From positions 278,876,001-278,940,000 of the forward strand of contig OZ024743.1 of NCBI GenBank assembly GCA_964016885.1: 64,000 nt of DNA, in the 5' to 3' direction. Position numbers and translations under genes: made by a program. Numbering within the stretch: position 1 is the first letter of the stretch; every line of letters begins with the position of its first letter. This document shows positions 13,356 through 28,583 of this stretch, piece by piece. This DNA comes from Eledone cirrhosa. Lineage: Eukaryota. The notes below the pieces were generated by a model. It was given only the letters and a program-made list of their open reading frames with translations, ran no database searches and was not told the origin of the DNA.

Positions 13356-15079
13356 TCTTTTAATTTGCTGTAAAGTTATATTCCCTGGTGTGGTGTGTTA
13401 GTTTTATATTTTAATTTTGTAAGAGCGTTGGATATGTAATCGTTATGGCATCGTATTAATGTTCTCATTGTGAGCTTTCTTAACGTCGAATGTGTAATTT
13501 TGACTCTGAACACTTTAGGTGAAATGTCGGTATCACCAATCATATTTTATTGGTCTGTTCCAACGTTGATATACCAAGAAATGGCAGGCTGAAAGTTAAC
13601 TTACTCTAATATATTAGATTCTTACATAGAGACGCATATTGGGACGATATGTTCTTTCAATTGAAGCAACTTCAAGACATGCTACATACACTTTATATCA
13701 ACCCTGGCAGTAATGAAGGGAAAGACCAACCATTGTACTAAATGTATCAAACATATGTATGTATGTATGTATGTATGTGTGTGTGTGTGTGTGTGCGTGT
13801 GTATGAACCAAGAAAGTAACAAGCCTACTAAATGGAGTAGAATTGCAGATATATCGCTTATCTGAAAGCTACGTTATCGCTTATACTACAGTAATAAATC
13901 ATTAGTTCCAGAAGACTGCCCCCCCACACAATTCTGCAAGATAATTCGTTACTTAGCGCTACTAGGATAGGTTATAGCATAAACTCCAGCATTACCAGTT
14001 GTCCCATCTCAATCAACTATTTTCAACGAGAAATTAAACCATTTATCCTATTACGAATGGATTAACTACAAAGATTTCTAAGCGCAAATTCATCGGAAAT
14101 TTTGAAAATATCATTTTTCGACATTCAAAGCTATTTGAAATTTTCCAAGCAACATTTAGTGACGTAACATAACCTAGCATATGCAACAGACTGATTTCTG
14201 AAGGGTATAAATAAGAAGAATCTACGATGATGACGTAGTGTTTACTAGCTGGATATTGAAATAGTGAAGTATTGAAGTTAACTTGAGTTAAGCATAATTC
14301 AGTGATATTCTAGACATGACTTATGGATGATCGCAAAAAATATTCGTTGCTCAACGTAGCGGGATCCGTCATTAAGATATATATGATAGACTAATTGAAC
14401 ATTGTCCCCGTATCTTGTTTGGGATTAGGAAATCCTTGCTAATATTTTCTCTCTGGTATTTATTGATGTTTCAAATAAGTCAAATAACTAGAGACATACG
14501 ACCTGTTAGTCACTAAGGTGGCACGTAGGAAAAAATGATCTGCAATATTCATTCTTGCTAATTAACCCCCATCTTTATATCCCACTGAGCGTAATCTTGC
14601 ATTTGTTCTTTGGAGGTTTTCAAACTCGTTAGATAATCGGAATTGTTAGATCATCGAAATAAATGCCGTGCTCTATTTGTTCAAATATTTGTATTCTAAG
14701 TTAAAATCCTGGTGTGGTCTATTTGAGTGTTAGATTTTATCCGTCACTTTGGCCCTTGTATAAGGTAAGTGGAGTTCATTCTGTTGCAAGTATTTAGATT
14801 ATAGCTCCATTAAGAAGCTACGTTCCCCCTTACCTTCATGTCTTCCAACCAATATTGGAAACAAAATATTTTTCTCAACATGACTAAATATATATATATA
14901 TATATTTTTAATGATGGTTTGGGTGAAAAAATTTTAGAAGCTGTTTGTAGAGGAAAATATTCATAGCTTGTAAGCATTATAAATCAGTGCTATATGGCTT
15001 CAGTTGTTTCAATGAACATTTCATAGATGGCACTTGGTTGCAACTGGTTTAGTAGTATGATTCAGAATATAGTCATTAT

Positions 15080-15300
15080 ACTAAACGTCATTTTCCCTGT
15101 GATCCAATAGAGTGTCAGGAACGCTGCACAGTGTAGCAGTTTACCACTTTCCTGTATCTATCTCTGCCGCAAACCAGTACTTAGGTTGTTGCAAAGTATT
15201 TACCAGTTCATTCCTTAATGTTACTCGCCCATTTCTTCTTCCTATGTCTTTACTGTCTTGAACTGTTCCTTGACGGATGGTTTTGTTCAATCCAACATAT
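15080..15300 (-). mobile_element. RTE-clade LINE 3' fragment
   Basis: Minus strand GLNKTIRQGTVQ resembles the RTE C-terminal KTI.QGTV.G.R.RGR motif; frameshifted. Confidence 0.45.
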
Positions 15301-15799
15301 ATTTCCACTTGATCCTACGATCTGGGTTTAACAGTAAACACGTAGAAGGTGCCTGAAGAATGAAGCACCGATTCAAAAGAATTAAACATTACATTATTAT
15401 GTTAAAATTGTGTATCAACTTATGCGAATGTTTATATTAGTATTACTGTCCGCTGTATAATCTATTTGCTACATATTTATATCCATAATTGAGTTCATGT
15501 TTATTAACAATAACGTTACCTTTGAAATTTCTTAGTCACACGTTTTCTGCACCAGTCTCATATGTCAACGCATCATATACTACTACTACTACTACTACTA
15601 CTACTAAATAACAAGTTCCAGTGCTTCCTATCCCCCTCATCTTCTTTAACATCAGCATTATTGTTATTGTCAAAAGTCAGCGTTTATCCAAATGTCAAAG
15701 ATTTTCTCCACATGATATATGGTTATCAAGTGCTATACACATTACCTCCCACACGTCCATACATATATGTATGTATGCATTTCTTGTACGTGCGTGCAT

Positions 15800-15822
15800 A
15801 CACACACACTGACACACACACA

Positions 15823-15876
<54 letters not shown>

Positions 15877-15938
15877 CATACACACCTATATATTTATATA
15901 TATGTATATATTTTTTATTTATTTATATATATATATAT

Positions 15939-16025
<87 letters not shown>
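15800..16025. repeat. (TA)n and (AG)n microsatellites
   Basis: Direct reading. Confidence 0.95.
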
Positions 16026-16028
<3 letters not shown>

Positions 16029-17040
16029 GTGTGTTTCGTATTCATGCTTATATATATTTGTATGTATGTAGATGTGAATACGTAAATATGTTCCTCAATA
16101 TGTATTGTATTTTATACACGGCTAACTCAAATACATTCCTGTTTCCATACCCCGTCAAGCGGAGTTTATGAGTCACTTTCAATATTTGGATTATTTTAAC
16201 TATACGCTGCGTCATTAAGCCATTCATTACCATATTTTTTATGAAGCACCTGGTCTATAACATTCAGTTCATTCAGAAATTCATATAATACTTAGGGGGA
16301 TTTTTTAAATATAACTAACTTTCACATTATCAAACTCGTGTGTAGAGCAAAACAAATTTTCTTACACAATAGGTTTTTTGATAAATATAATTACTTAATC
16401 ATAGAACCAGGTGTGGTTTCAGGTGATTTTGGTATGCAATGTGATACAAATGAAAACGAGGGATAAGGCTCCTTAATTCCAGATGGAGTCGTTTGAAACA
16501 CCGTCCTGTTACACGGCGAGTCTTGGGTATTTTAAACTTGGTGGGAACAATTCCTACGATTTCTTCCGGAGAAGGAAAGAGAGGTGTTAAAGAGATATAA
16601 TTTAAAAATTGACCACATTGAACAAGTATTTTATTTATCGAACTCGTTAAGAGGAAAACCAAATTTGATCTCGACGGATGTTTAACGTAAATTGCCGAAC
16701 AAAATGCGAGGTATTTAATCCGAGGCGCTAACACCTCAGCCAATTTGCTGCCATCAAAAGTGTTGAGGACCATGGGAAAGAAGAGAAACTACACTATTTC
16801 ATTCTTCAGATATAGAAAATTGTAAAAGTTTCCTGCGTAATAAATCAATATACAAGAATTACCGAAGGATCATTACCCTGTTAATTAAATAAATCAATAT
16901 GTATGTTTTGTTATTTAGATTTGTTCGAAAATATTCTACATAGTTTTTTCTCCCCTATGTCATATCATTATTGCTGTCAATACTTCTTTCTCTCTCTATT
17001 CCTACTCCTCCATTTATATAACTACGCTCACATACACACG

Positions 17041-17077
<37 letters not shown>

Positions 17078-17192
17078 TTATATATGTATGTGTACAGAAA
17101 TGCACACATATTTGCATGTGTTATTTTATTGTGTCATGATTGTCATACAAATTTCTAGTATATTTATACACCAGCAGTTACACACACACACA

Positions 17193-17255
<63 letters not shown>

Positions 17256-17607
17256 TCATGCACACACACACATACAGTAATCAATCAGCCAATGTCGTTC
17301 TCCCACTGCTAATGAGTGTGTAAATATATTTTGCTTCAATAAGGCCTTTAATGCTTCTGCAAGGCATTTCCTTGTTTGTCAAATCTATAGAATTCACTTC
17401 TTCACATTCTTTGTTGTTCTCCATTGTTCCGTTCGACGGTGTCTTGGAATCCAGTGTATCAACTGTTTTGTCTGCGTGGAGTCAGAATGTAGAATGTAAA
17501 AATATCGACTGCCAAATATCGAACATTCAATATACTAAAATGGCAAAATACCGGTAGTTAAATTATCAAAAGACCAAATACTAACATTATTATTTATGGA
17601 TTGGGTC

Positions 17608-17988
17608 GGTGGATTGGCAGTATCGGTAGAGGGTCGGACGCCATGCTTTGACGCATAGAGTTACGGCCCTTGCCATCCTGAGTTCAAATCCCGTAGAGGT
17701 TAACTTTGCCTTTCATCCTTACGGGGTCGATAAAATAAAGTACCAGTAATGCACTGGGTATTTGCTGGCCTTGTGCCAAAAGTAGAAACAATTATTATTT
17801 ATGGATTGGCAGTATCGGTAGAGAGTCGGACGCCATGTTTTCCAGCATAGTTACGTCTCTTTACGGTCTGAGTTCAAATCCCGCCGAGGTTAACTTTGCC
17901 TTTCATCCTTACGAGGTCGATAAAATAAAGTACCAGTAATGTACTGGGTAATTGCTGGCCTTGTGCCAAAAGCAGAAACAATTATTAT
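17608..17988 (+). mobile_element. Head-to-tail dimer of young family A SINEs
   Basis: Copies at 17608-17795 and 17801-17988 with A box TGGCAGTATCGG, B box GAGTTCAAATCC and (ATT)n tails. Confidence 0.92.
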
Positions 17989-18167
17989 CTATAAAAAATT
18001 ATCTTATGAAAAGAAAAAGAAAAAAGAGAACGTTTTAAAGCTGAATTAAATTTTCTTTAGGAAAACAATTATATATATCTGCGTGTGTATGTGTTTATCC
18101 CGGGTTTCAATCGGGAGTAACCACAGTAAATAAGGTACACAATACATAGCAGAGTATGGATATTTAA

Positions 18168-18270
18168 TATAGAAATGGCTTCTACAGGACTAGAACTATT
18201 TCATTCGGGAGAAATCATCAGGATTTCTCCCGAATGAAACAGTTCTAGTCCTGTAGAAGCCATTTCTATA
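18168..18270. repeat. Fold-back palindrome (49-bp arms, 1 mismatch) centred on a hammerhead core
   Basis: Arms 18168-18216 and 18222-18270; minus strand reads CTGATGA-tttctcccgaat-GAAA across the axis. Confidence 0.85.
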
Positions 18271-18489
18271 ACAATTGGTTACTCCTTTATTACGTTTATT
18301 GGTTGGTGACGCGCGTTTCGCCACTGGAAAATGCTGTGTAACCAATTTCATTTGACCGAGTATGTAATAATAATTTGTAAATTACTATTAAATCCAAAAT
18401 GTCATTTCATGATTCAAATCGTTGGAAACGTTTCATTATATTTAGCAACAATATTGCAAACATAAAAAGGTAAATATGTAGTTTATTTA

Positions 18490-18705
18490 ATGGTGTCTGA
18501 TTTAGACACAAGGCCAGCAATTTGGAGGAGGGGAAAGTGGATTAAATCAACCCCAGTGCGTGACTGGTGCTTTATTTTATCGACTCCATAAGGAGGAAAT
18601 GTGAAGCTAACCTCGGTGGGATTTGAACTCACAACGTAAAGCACCGTAACCCTATGCCGCGAAGCATGGTGCCCGACGTTCTAACGATACTGCCAATTCA
18701 CCGCC
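18490..18705 (-). mobile_element. tRNA-derived SINE (family A, long form)
   Basis: Reverse complement of the family consensus. Confidence 0.85.
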
Positions 18706-19612
18706 CTTATCTATTTTATTTAATGAAACGAAAGTCATTCAAATCAACAACAATATTTCCAGCCATAAATCCAAGTAAGATGCAGGGAAATAGGGACGTG
18801 GATTAGTGTCAGAAACCAATACCTTATTATATAATTTATTATGTTTGTTGTCTTTGTTATATTTAGAAAAAATAAATTTACATAACATTTGTGTATATAC
18901 TGCTCTATTTAAAGAGACATTTCCAATCAAAATAGACAGATTTACTTTCACAGTTGAACTTGTGTATATGATATATCTCCAGTTAATATAAAATAAACAA
19001 TTTTTATTGTTGCATTACATAAAACATAGGAATTCGTATGTTGTTTATTTCAGTGGGTAAAAAATTACACTTGATAAGAATTAATCCATTTGTATTAATT
19101 TGACAAAAATCAATGTAATTTTATTTTAAAAGTGTCCATTGTATCTCCTGTTAGGAATTTTCTTCAAAATCCTTACAAAACACAAAATATCTCACATGTT
19201 TTATCGAAAATAATATTCAATAAATATTTTGTATTGTATCAGTTAGCAGAAATATATACATAAATACACCTAATAAAAAAAAATATTTTACGTACAACAC
19301 ATGATTAATCATCTACAGACTTAAATCAGCATGGAAACTAATAGAAGCATTTATTTTTTTCAAATTTTTTTTTAAAGTTCCGCTAATTCTAAAAGAACAA
19401 GAGAGAGAAAGTCTGTTCGTTATACCTTTAATGGTGGGAAGCTGTAGGATGATAAAAAGAATTGATGTAAAAGACAGATATATATATAGTAATGGAAAAT
19501 ATAGAAAAAGAATTTAGAAAAGACAAGACGTAAAGCACACGTGAAAGATTATATAACAGTGAAAAAAAAGTATACGCTGTATGATTACTTTACTTGACTA
19601 AAATATATTATA

Positions 19613-21098
19613 CTCCTGTCCCGTCCGGCTGGTTCCGGCTAGGTATACTGGCATTTTATCTTTTCAGGAATCATCCCTCGACTCCAATGCAAATTTACCG
19701 CGCGCCCTCTCAAGTCTGCGAGGTCGGGGTGGGGGTGTTGGTTAACGTGCTCTAGTGTTGGGTTTGAATAGCTTTTAGGATTCCTCAGTTCAGCAGCCAG
19801 TACGTTAAAGTACGACGAAAATTGATAGTTACAACAATAAAGGCTGAACAGAGAACACATTTTTTAACAAACAAATAATTTGTACAACCATAATGGAAAT
19901 TCCAAGTAACAGAAAATATTTAAATTACATTATTAGAACCTCAGAGTATACAATATTTTTGATTGGCCCTCCGGAGCAAAGATGAAGAGATTGTTTGGCG
20001 AGCTCACTCTAGAGTATCCTACATACAATTGACCATGGGAGAATCATGGTTTCCCCAGATGAAGGCCAGCCACTTTTATGGTTTGACCCTGAGCTTTGTT
20101 GATGGTAAACGCGAAGCTTAGTCTTATTGGAAACTGAAGTCGCTTAACATGTCCTATAACTGTAGACGTTGACCTCTGGATATTCCTGTCAGGAGCAGGT
20201 AAGCTGTAGTAACTTAGAGGCCTACCACCAATCTCCAGGACACTGTTTTCAATACAAATGAGCGCCTCATTGAAAAGGACATCGTATGTTACGTTCGGAT
20301 TGTGTCTGCGTGTGAGGTGGAAGATGTCTTCAGTTAAAATTTCACGGTGGTTGTTCCACAGTGCGAGAGGGTCGGCGAGATCGCAGTTGTGCAGCCTAAT
20401 AGCAAAAAGTGTTCGCAGCTGAGAAGGGACTTTAGCAGTTGCTGCTTCTTGCAGGGTGAGGTGCTAATGGCTGTCATCGTGTAACATACCACGCATCTGG
20501 CAAGACAAACGGTAAGTGGAACATTGATGGTTCTCATATCTTGGAAAGACTGTGGTCCTCTAACTTAGAACAGTAACAATGACGATAAGCCGTCTGTGCT
20601 TTCGTGAAATAAATAGGCTCTTGTTTTTGTGTATGCAAAACTATTTGTACACGAATACATATATTATAATAACAGATTAAAATTTAAGTAAAGGCTTTCA
20701 CCCGTAACGGGATCTTATAAAAAATAAATCTGTGAACGCAGAAGTAAATATTTCGAAAAACGTTATCTAATGTAGACAGCCAAACATACAGAGACATATT
20801 ATAAGGGCGCTACGTTATAGCTATGTATCTATCTAAAAAGACAGACTAAGAAAAAGAGGGGAATGTTGTGTGACGTCATAAGAAAAAGTGAGGAAGTATA
20901 ACCGGAAGTGTTGACATTTGAAATTTTAAAGAAGAGAATATCTAAATAATGTCTTTAATCTTTTAACAAAATTCAGTAGACAAAAATACCCGTAACTTGG
21001 AAAAAGTTACATCTATGATGCAAATTTGGCGCTGTTTGGTCCAGACGTTTGGCGAAAGGTTTGTGACATACATACGTCCGTCAGCTTTATATTATAGA
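19613..21098 (-). mobile_element. Internally deleted Helitron with RepHel pseudogene remnants
   Basis: 5' TC end at 21098. Minus-strand translation VRGPQSFQDMRT..LQEAA..LRTLFAI..PLALW..EDI..FNEALICIE is fused to the Pif1-helicase C-terminus KRLQFPIRLSFAFTINKAQGQT..FSHGQLYV.YSRV..KNIVYSEVL (~20570-19930). Degenerate GC hairpin at the 3' end. Confidence 0.85.
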
Positions 21099-21134
21099 TA
21101 TTACATATATTATATTATATTATATTATATCATA

Positions 21135-21240
21135 TAAATCCCGCCGAGGTTAACTTTGCCTTTCATCCTTACGGGGTCGATAAAATAAAGTACCAGTAAT
21201 ACACTGGTGGATTTGCTGGCCTTGTGCCAAATGTAGAAAC

Positions 21241-21245
<5 letters not shown>
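21135..21245 (+). mobile_element. 5'-truncated family A SINE
   Basis: Core and tail present. Confidence 0.85.
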
Positions 21246-21275
<30 letters not shown>

Positions 21276-21304
21276 ATTGTAATAACTTGTTTAAACATTG
21301 TGTA

Positions 21305-21352
21305 TGCTCCGATGAATGCCAGACAGTTGTCTGGAAGAAAAGATCGTAAGCA
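21305..21352 (+). ncRNA. Degenerate type I hammerhead ribozyme motif
   Basis: TGCT-CCGATGA-atg-ccagaca-gt-tgtctgg-aa-GAAA-agatcg-TA-AGCA. Confidence 0.55.
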
Positions 21353-23031
21353 ATTAAATGTAAAATATAAAACAATCAAAATGAATTGCCATATTTTCTA
21401 ATATCATTACATCTCTCCTAACATGTTCTCAATTTATTGTAAACACTCTTTGAATTACATGTTTTAATCTTTCTACAACTCAACATACTTTTAGGTGGCA
21501 TTGTAAAAATAGAATATCCTACATATTCGAGTGGAATAGCATCCATAGATCATGCTTTAGTAATCAGTAATACTTAAAGTTGACATCTAATATCAGCTAA
21601 CAAAGATAGCGCCTTGATATTGTTAATATTGTCAGTTGTTTAGCAGTTAACTTCGTCGTATGATTAGTTATCATTCTGATATCTCATATCTACGCTGCGA
21701 CACGAAATGTTATGCAATCCAGACAGCTTTGATTTTATATTAGTGTATTAAAGTGATACTAAAATACGATATAAATATAAATAAATCCACTATTTGATAT
21801 CAAAGTAGTAGATTTTAACTCATACCTTTACAATCTGTACAAATGTAAAATCAAAGAGAAAATCTCTATCCGTATGCTCAACAAGTTGAGTCAACGAGGG
21901 AGAATTTAATCGGTAGCTTGATCTGTTAGAAATGATTGTAGATCACTTCCAAACCACAAACTACTATCTTTAAAGAAATATGGCCACAATTAATAAGGGA
22001 CTTCTAAACATAACATATATGAGACAGATTCAGGATGAACACGACTGAACACTTCTTGTCATAAATGTTGATTTGGGGCTAACAACAACAGCCATTTTTA
22101 CAAGTGTTCTGGATGTATGTAACAACCCGTCTCTCCTGGAGAAGTCTTAGGGAAGACCTAGTAACTAGTAACATATGACCTCTTTCAGGCATTTTAAAAT
22201 TGGTGTAGCTAATCCTCTTTTCATGTCTGAAGTGGTACTTTTTTTTTTATTAGACACGAAATGATGAAAGGTAACGTTTATATCGGCGGTATTTGAACTC
22301 AGAGCGCAGTGAGTCTGACTGATTACCGCAAAGCATTAGATCCAACCTTCTAACGATTCTCTCAATTTGCCACTAAAAATGGTGGTGATTACAAAATATC
22401 ATCAACATGACGTCGCAAAGTATACTAGGTCAATGGGGAACTACGTATTATACCTAAAACTATAATTAATCACTTTCAGTGTGATACGAACCTCTCTGTA
22501 AAGGGAGAGGGAGAAAGAGAGAATGAGTTAGAGAATGATTGAGAATGAGAGAGAGAGGGGAGAGGGGAGGGGGCAGATGAGCTTTACCACAGTATCCATG
22601 TGCTGGATATATGATGTTTATTAAACAATCTCATGTGAAATTATTTCCAATTTATCCTCACATATTCTGTTTCAATACTTAAGTTATTTCAATACAATAC
22701 AAGATAGAGGTGTGTATGTGATGTTGTATATATATATATATATGTGTATGAATCTGTATTTGTTAATAAATCCATGCAGATCAACTAATTTATATGAACA
22801 TGTATGTAAATAACTTACGGTTGCGTCATCTACCTGATTCTAAACTTAGTATCGGTTTGCGGCGATGTTCGTACACATGGGTTTGTAAGTATGTTTCTAT
22901 TAACGTGTTATTCAGTGTGTACACTTATACTTTGAATGGCTATGTATTTATGTGTGAAGTTAACGTGCTTACATACAGTATTATATTCATGTGTCGTATG
23001 TGTAGTGCATTGTATATGTCTGTGTGGTCGA

Positions 23032-23065
<34 letters not shown>

Positions 23066-23611
23066 AGTGTATGTGGATGTGCATGTGCGTCTGTGTGGGT
23101 GTGCGTGATTATGTGTCTCTATGTGTATAATTAGATGAAGAGCTCTAGATTAAAGTCAGCTTAAACGTTTGATCTTACGAAATCCAACATTTCAATCGTT
23201 CCCACCCCACAGTGGGATATATCTGGACAGAAGAGCTTTCACGGAGCATATGGTTGAGTTGGAGGATGGATAGAATGATTTTAAATGAACAGAAAAACCG
23301 CGCGCGCGCGTAAACACACACACATATATGCACACACACACACACATATACACACACACATATATATATATACAGATGGCTGCATGGAATGTTATTGTTA
23401 TGCTGAATGAGAGAGTTAACTATATATACGTGTATTTCTACACTCACACACACATATATACATATATGCATATGTAATTTTATATTATATCATTGGGTTT
23501 GAATGTCAACTAATGATATAAAGTGATTTAAAATGAAATATGACCCAACATTTTGTATGAGCTCGATATCATATAATGCTTTATCAGTGTATTGTACCAT
23601 TAGATCTCATG

Positions 23612-23649
<38 letters not shown>

Positions 23650-23652
<3 letters not shown>

Positions 23653-24212
23653 TGGCTGCCAACTCGTTTTCGAGTACGGCCACTACTTTATATCCATGTA
23701 GGAGAACCCCTACCGATGCGCTGAACGAGTGTGACTTTTTAGTCCAGCCAGCGAATTGAAAACTCTGGTACAAACACTACACTTGTGACAATTATTGACA
23801 CATAGTGCTGAGCCCATGGTACCATGTGACGACAAGTGCAGAGAGATCTCCAGATATAAAGCAATGTCTGTGCCGTGAAGCTTTTATAGTGAGCAAAGTC
23901 ACTGCACAAAGCCAGTCCCACTCTCTTAACCAAGATGATATTTACCAAAAAGAAGAACAAGTCAATATCATTGGATACCATCAGGGTTGCAGGTGTTATA
24001 GGAGAGTTTTCCTTCTCCTAGAATTCTGCCTTGACAAAGGCTAAGGGGTCATCTCTCCCGGTGATTTTGGATGGCCATTGATTCTTAAGAGCTCCTTTGC
24101 CCTTTGACAGGTTTTGTTTCTAGACCTGCAGGATGTCCAAAGTCACCCTCCTCACCAAGAAACCTTGGTGGGGTTGCCAGTTTAGTCGCCAACGACCCGA
24201 CCATGGGACAGG
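23650..24212 (-). mobile_element. Probable 5' UTR fragment of an RTE-clade LINE
   Basis: GC-richer block between (TA)n runs; minus strand has CTAGGAGAAGGAAAACTCT, a motif I recall from RTE 5' UTRs. Confidence 0.4.
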
Positions 24213-24222
24213 TTGTACACAC

Positions 24223-24310
<88 letters not shown>

Positions 24311-24342
24311 TGGTATATATATGTATATAAATATAACATATG

Positions 24343-24378
<36 letters not shown>

Positions 24379-24408
24379 AATTGTTATATATATGTATATA
24401 TATATAAC

Positions 24409-24463
<55 letters not shown>

Positions 24464-24659
24464 CATATGTTGGTAAATAGATAAATGTATATATATTTTA
24501 TTTCCAACCAGTGCAATTCGACCGTCTTCTAATATCCAACGCAAATTCAATTCGAAATCTTTTTAAATGAGGAATGATGTCACTAAAAACATATTACTCC
24601 AACAATATCATGAAGCATACATTTCTAACTACTTATAAACGAGAATTTAGGAGTCGGAT

Positions 24660-24840
24660 ATAGCAGACGGTAAACCACATGGATAAAAACTATAAACGTT
24701 TTACAAAGAAATTATTTTCAGACATGTTCCACAAATTTGGTTGGCGATACAAACTAGACATGCAAATAGAACTCTCCTGCTCAAATTGTTCGATTATTTT
24801 ATTAGACCTGCATTATGATTTGCTAACAGTCTTTCAATAT
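24660..24840 (+). pseudogene. Possible PLE reverse transcriptase fragment
   Basis: KRFTKKLFSDMFHKFG..MQIE..IILLDLHYDL resembles the PLE RT region after the DD motif. Confidence 0.35.
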
Positions 24841-24843
24841 ATA

Positions 24844-24901
<58 letters not shown>

Positions 24902-24922
24902 TTATATATATATATATATATA

Positions 24923-26207
<1,285 letters not shown>

Positions 26208-26236
26208 CGTATGTATGTAATATTTGTGTGTGTGTA

Positions 26237-26267
<31 letters not shown>

Positions 26268-26352
26268 AAAATGTAAACAGAAATAACAACACAATCGGTA
26301 CAGTATATGGAACTAATATATTAGTTTAACGCTTGAAATAGCAGGAAGGGGG

Positions 26353-26388
26353 CCTTAACGTTTCAGGCGCTAGTCGTTCATCGGAAGA
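26353..26388 (-). ncRNA. Degenerate minimal hammerhead motif
   Basis: Minus strand tctt-CCGATGA-acgactagcgcct-GAAA-cg-TT-aagg. Confidence 0.4.
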
Positions 26389-26467
26389 GAGAATGAGAAA
26401 TTAAACAGATTGAAGAGACGGACGGGGCGGAATCGGAAAAAATGTTTTTCGAGAAAAATAACGGGTC

Positions 26468-26501
<34 letters not shown>

Positions 26502-26636
26502 TTGTGTATAATGGTAGCTATGATGCTTCCATAGGCGGTATGCCAAAAATTAGCCCTCAATATTCAGCAGAGTAGAGTGTAGAGAGTAATATAAAGAAAA
26601 CGAAAAATCAGTGATGCATCTGGACTCAATTTATTG

Positions 26637-26727
26637 CGTGTTACAATTGTTTCGCCGGAAGGTAGCTCGAGCCATGGTCCCTGTATGGATCTGACTGATT
26701 CTACGGCTGCAGGTTCCTTCAGACACG
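26637..26727 (-). ncRNA. Hammerhead-like motif with long stem II insert
   Basis: Minus strand CGTGT-CTGAAGG-(62 nt)-GAAA-caattg-TA-ACACG, followed by AATAAA. Confidence 0.45.
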
Positions 26728-27063
26728 GGTAGTTCGTTCGGAGCAAATTTTATCACTGGGGTGTTATCATGAAAAAAACACCCTAAAAAAAACCTCTTCC
26801 ACTCTTGTCATGCCATTGGCTGTTGTTGCTCCGCGTCATCTTAAGTTCTGGTCACTATTTACTGCTACACGGGTCATCAGCCATTTCCCGTCCGACACAC
26901 TTCAATGGAGTCATACTGGATTCGGTATCTCACACGTCTGTTTCCACTCCAGAGCATGCACACACACATACAAATACACACACACATATATACACACACA
27001 GGCAGACACATGCGTGCATAAACATATGTACGCATACATGCGTAGACCCCCCCTTCCCCACAC

Positions 27064-27098
<35 letters not shown>

Positions 27099-27360
27099 CT
27101 CCCTCACTTCCACAGAGACCCAGGCACACCCACTTCTAGAATCAGACCGCCACAAGCCTATTAAGGTATGTGTAAGTCGTGCCATATATCCGGTCCAGAA
27201 AGCACGGCCCACGCAAACATACACACACACATACGCGCGTACACATACCTACGCACAACCTTATATACATATATATATACACTCATACACACGCATATAT
27301 ACATACACACACACATACACACATATATATATATATATACAAACATGCACACACATACAT

Positions 27361-27463
<103 letters not shown>

Positions 27464-27672
27464 GTGGAAAGTATTCTTTATAAATTTAAGATACTTGATT
27501 CAGCTATAAGAAAAGAATTTGAAAAACATCCTGCCATTATATTCATCAAAGATCATTTATTGAAATGTAACCACCAGAAGAGCACTTTTACAATCCCATT
27601 CTTAAAAATTCCTTAAACACCGCAACACCACTCCCAAACAATTACCTTGCTGTTACCATTCACTATTTTCTG

Positions 27673-27728
<56 letters not shown>

Positions 27729-27732
<4 letters not shown>

Positions 27733-28050
27733 GGAGGGCCCGTTTAATGAACGCTTCCTGAAACATCAGTGGACCTTTAGATACGCGGACAGACGATCGT
27801 CCACGATATTCGTGAGCCAAGTATGGTCCCTCAAAGACTCGCGCGAAGACTACTCCAACGAATGGAAAGCTATCACTAGGTCCAACTCATACATAAGTGG
27901 TAATGCGTCCTGTGGACTGTGCATTGAAAAGGGATCAATATCCTAAGAAGGTTACGCAATAACGATTGCCTATGCGCAAGAAATGAGCTTTTTTCGCGTT
28001 GTCCACTCGTCTGGAAACAAATCTTGCATAATTACAAAGTTGCAGATTGA
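27729..28050 (+). pseudogene. PLE GIY-YIG endonuclease C-terminal fragment (Naiad/Chlamys-like pattern)
   Basis: FNERFLKHQWTF..ST..SQVWSLKD..EWKAI..Y..CGLCIEK..RNELFSRC matches the F..R...H...F..ST.LS..W.LK..W..C.LC..EK..R.E...C pattern. Confidence 0.65.
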
Positions 28051-28264
28051 ATAACTTCAATATTCTAATATTCTGATCAACTCGAATATAACAAAAAAAA
28101 AAAATTATTCTTTCTATTAGACTTCAGGTATTTTTGAAAGCTAAGCATAGGCCCATAAAATAATATAGTGGGTCCCTTCAATGCTACTGTGGGCTCCTGC
28201 AATGCTACAGTGGGCCTCTTGGGGGCAAACGGGAAACTTGGCCAGTCTACCACTGTATATATAT

Positions 28265-28580
28265 ATAAATTATTTGTTTGTTAGATTAATCAAATTAGAT
28301 TAATTCGACAGTTAAACACATATAAGAATAATAGGGTTGTTACCAAAGAGCCAGAAGATTGACAAGTCGACCCAAAATATGACTAATAGCTCTAGGAAAG
28401 CCATGAACAACACCACATCTTTTTAACTTTGATTTTGAAAGTTGGTTCATAATTATTAATTTTCATTATACTCTTGTAGCAGTCTCGGCGCCCTAGTTGG
28501 GGCAACTATAGACGGTGGTGATCCTGGCTGTAGTACGATCCTGGTCGGGAGTAGGGTTCCCATTAAATCTATTCCTTTTT
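28265..28580 (+). mobile_element. Left part of a foldback element with a tRNA-like unit (homologous to 36000-36300)
   Basis: High similarity to 36000-36300; interrupted at 28584 by the Tx1 LINE. Confidence 0.7.
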
Positions 28581-28583
28581 TTT

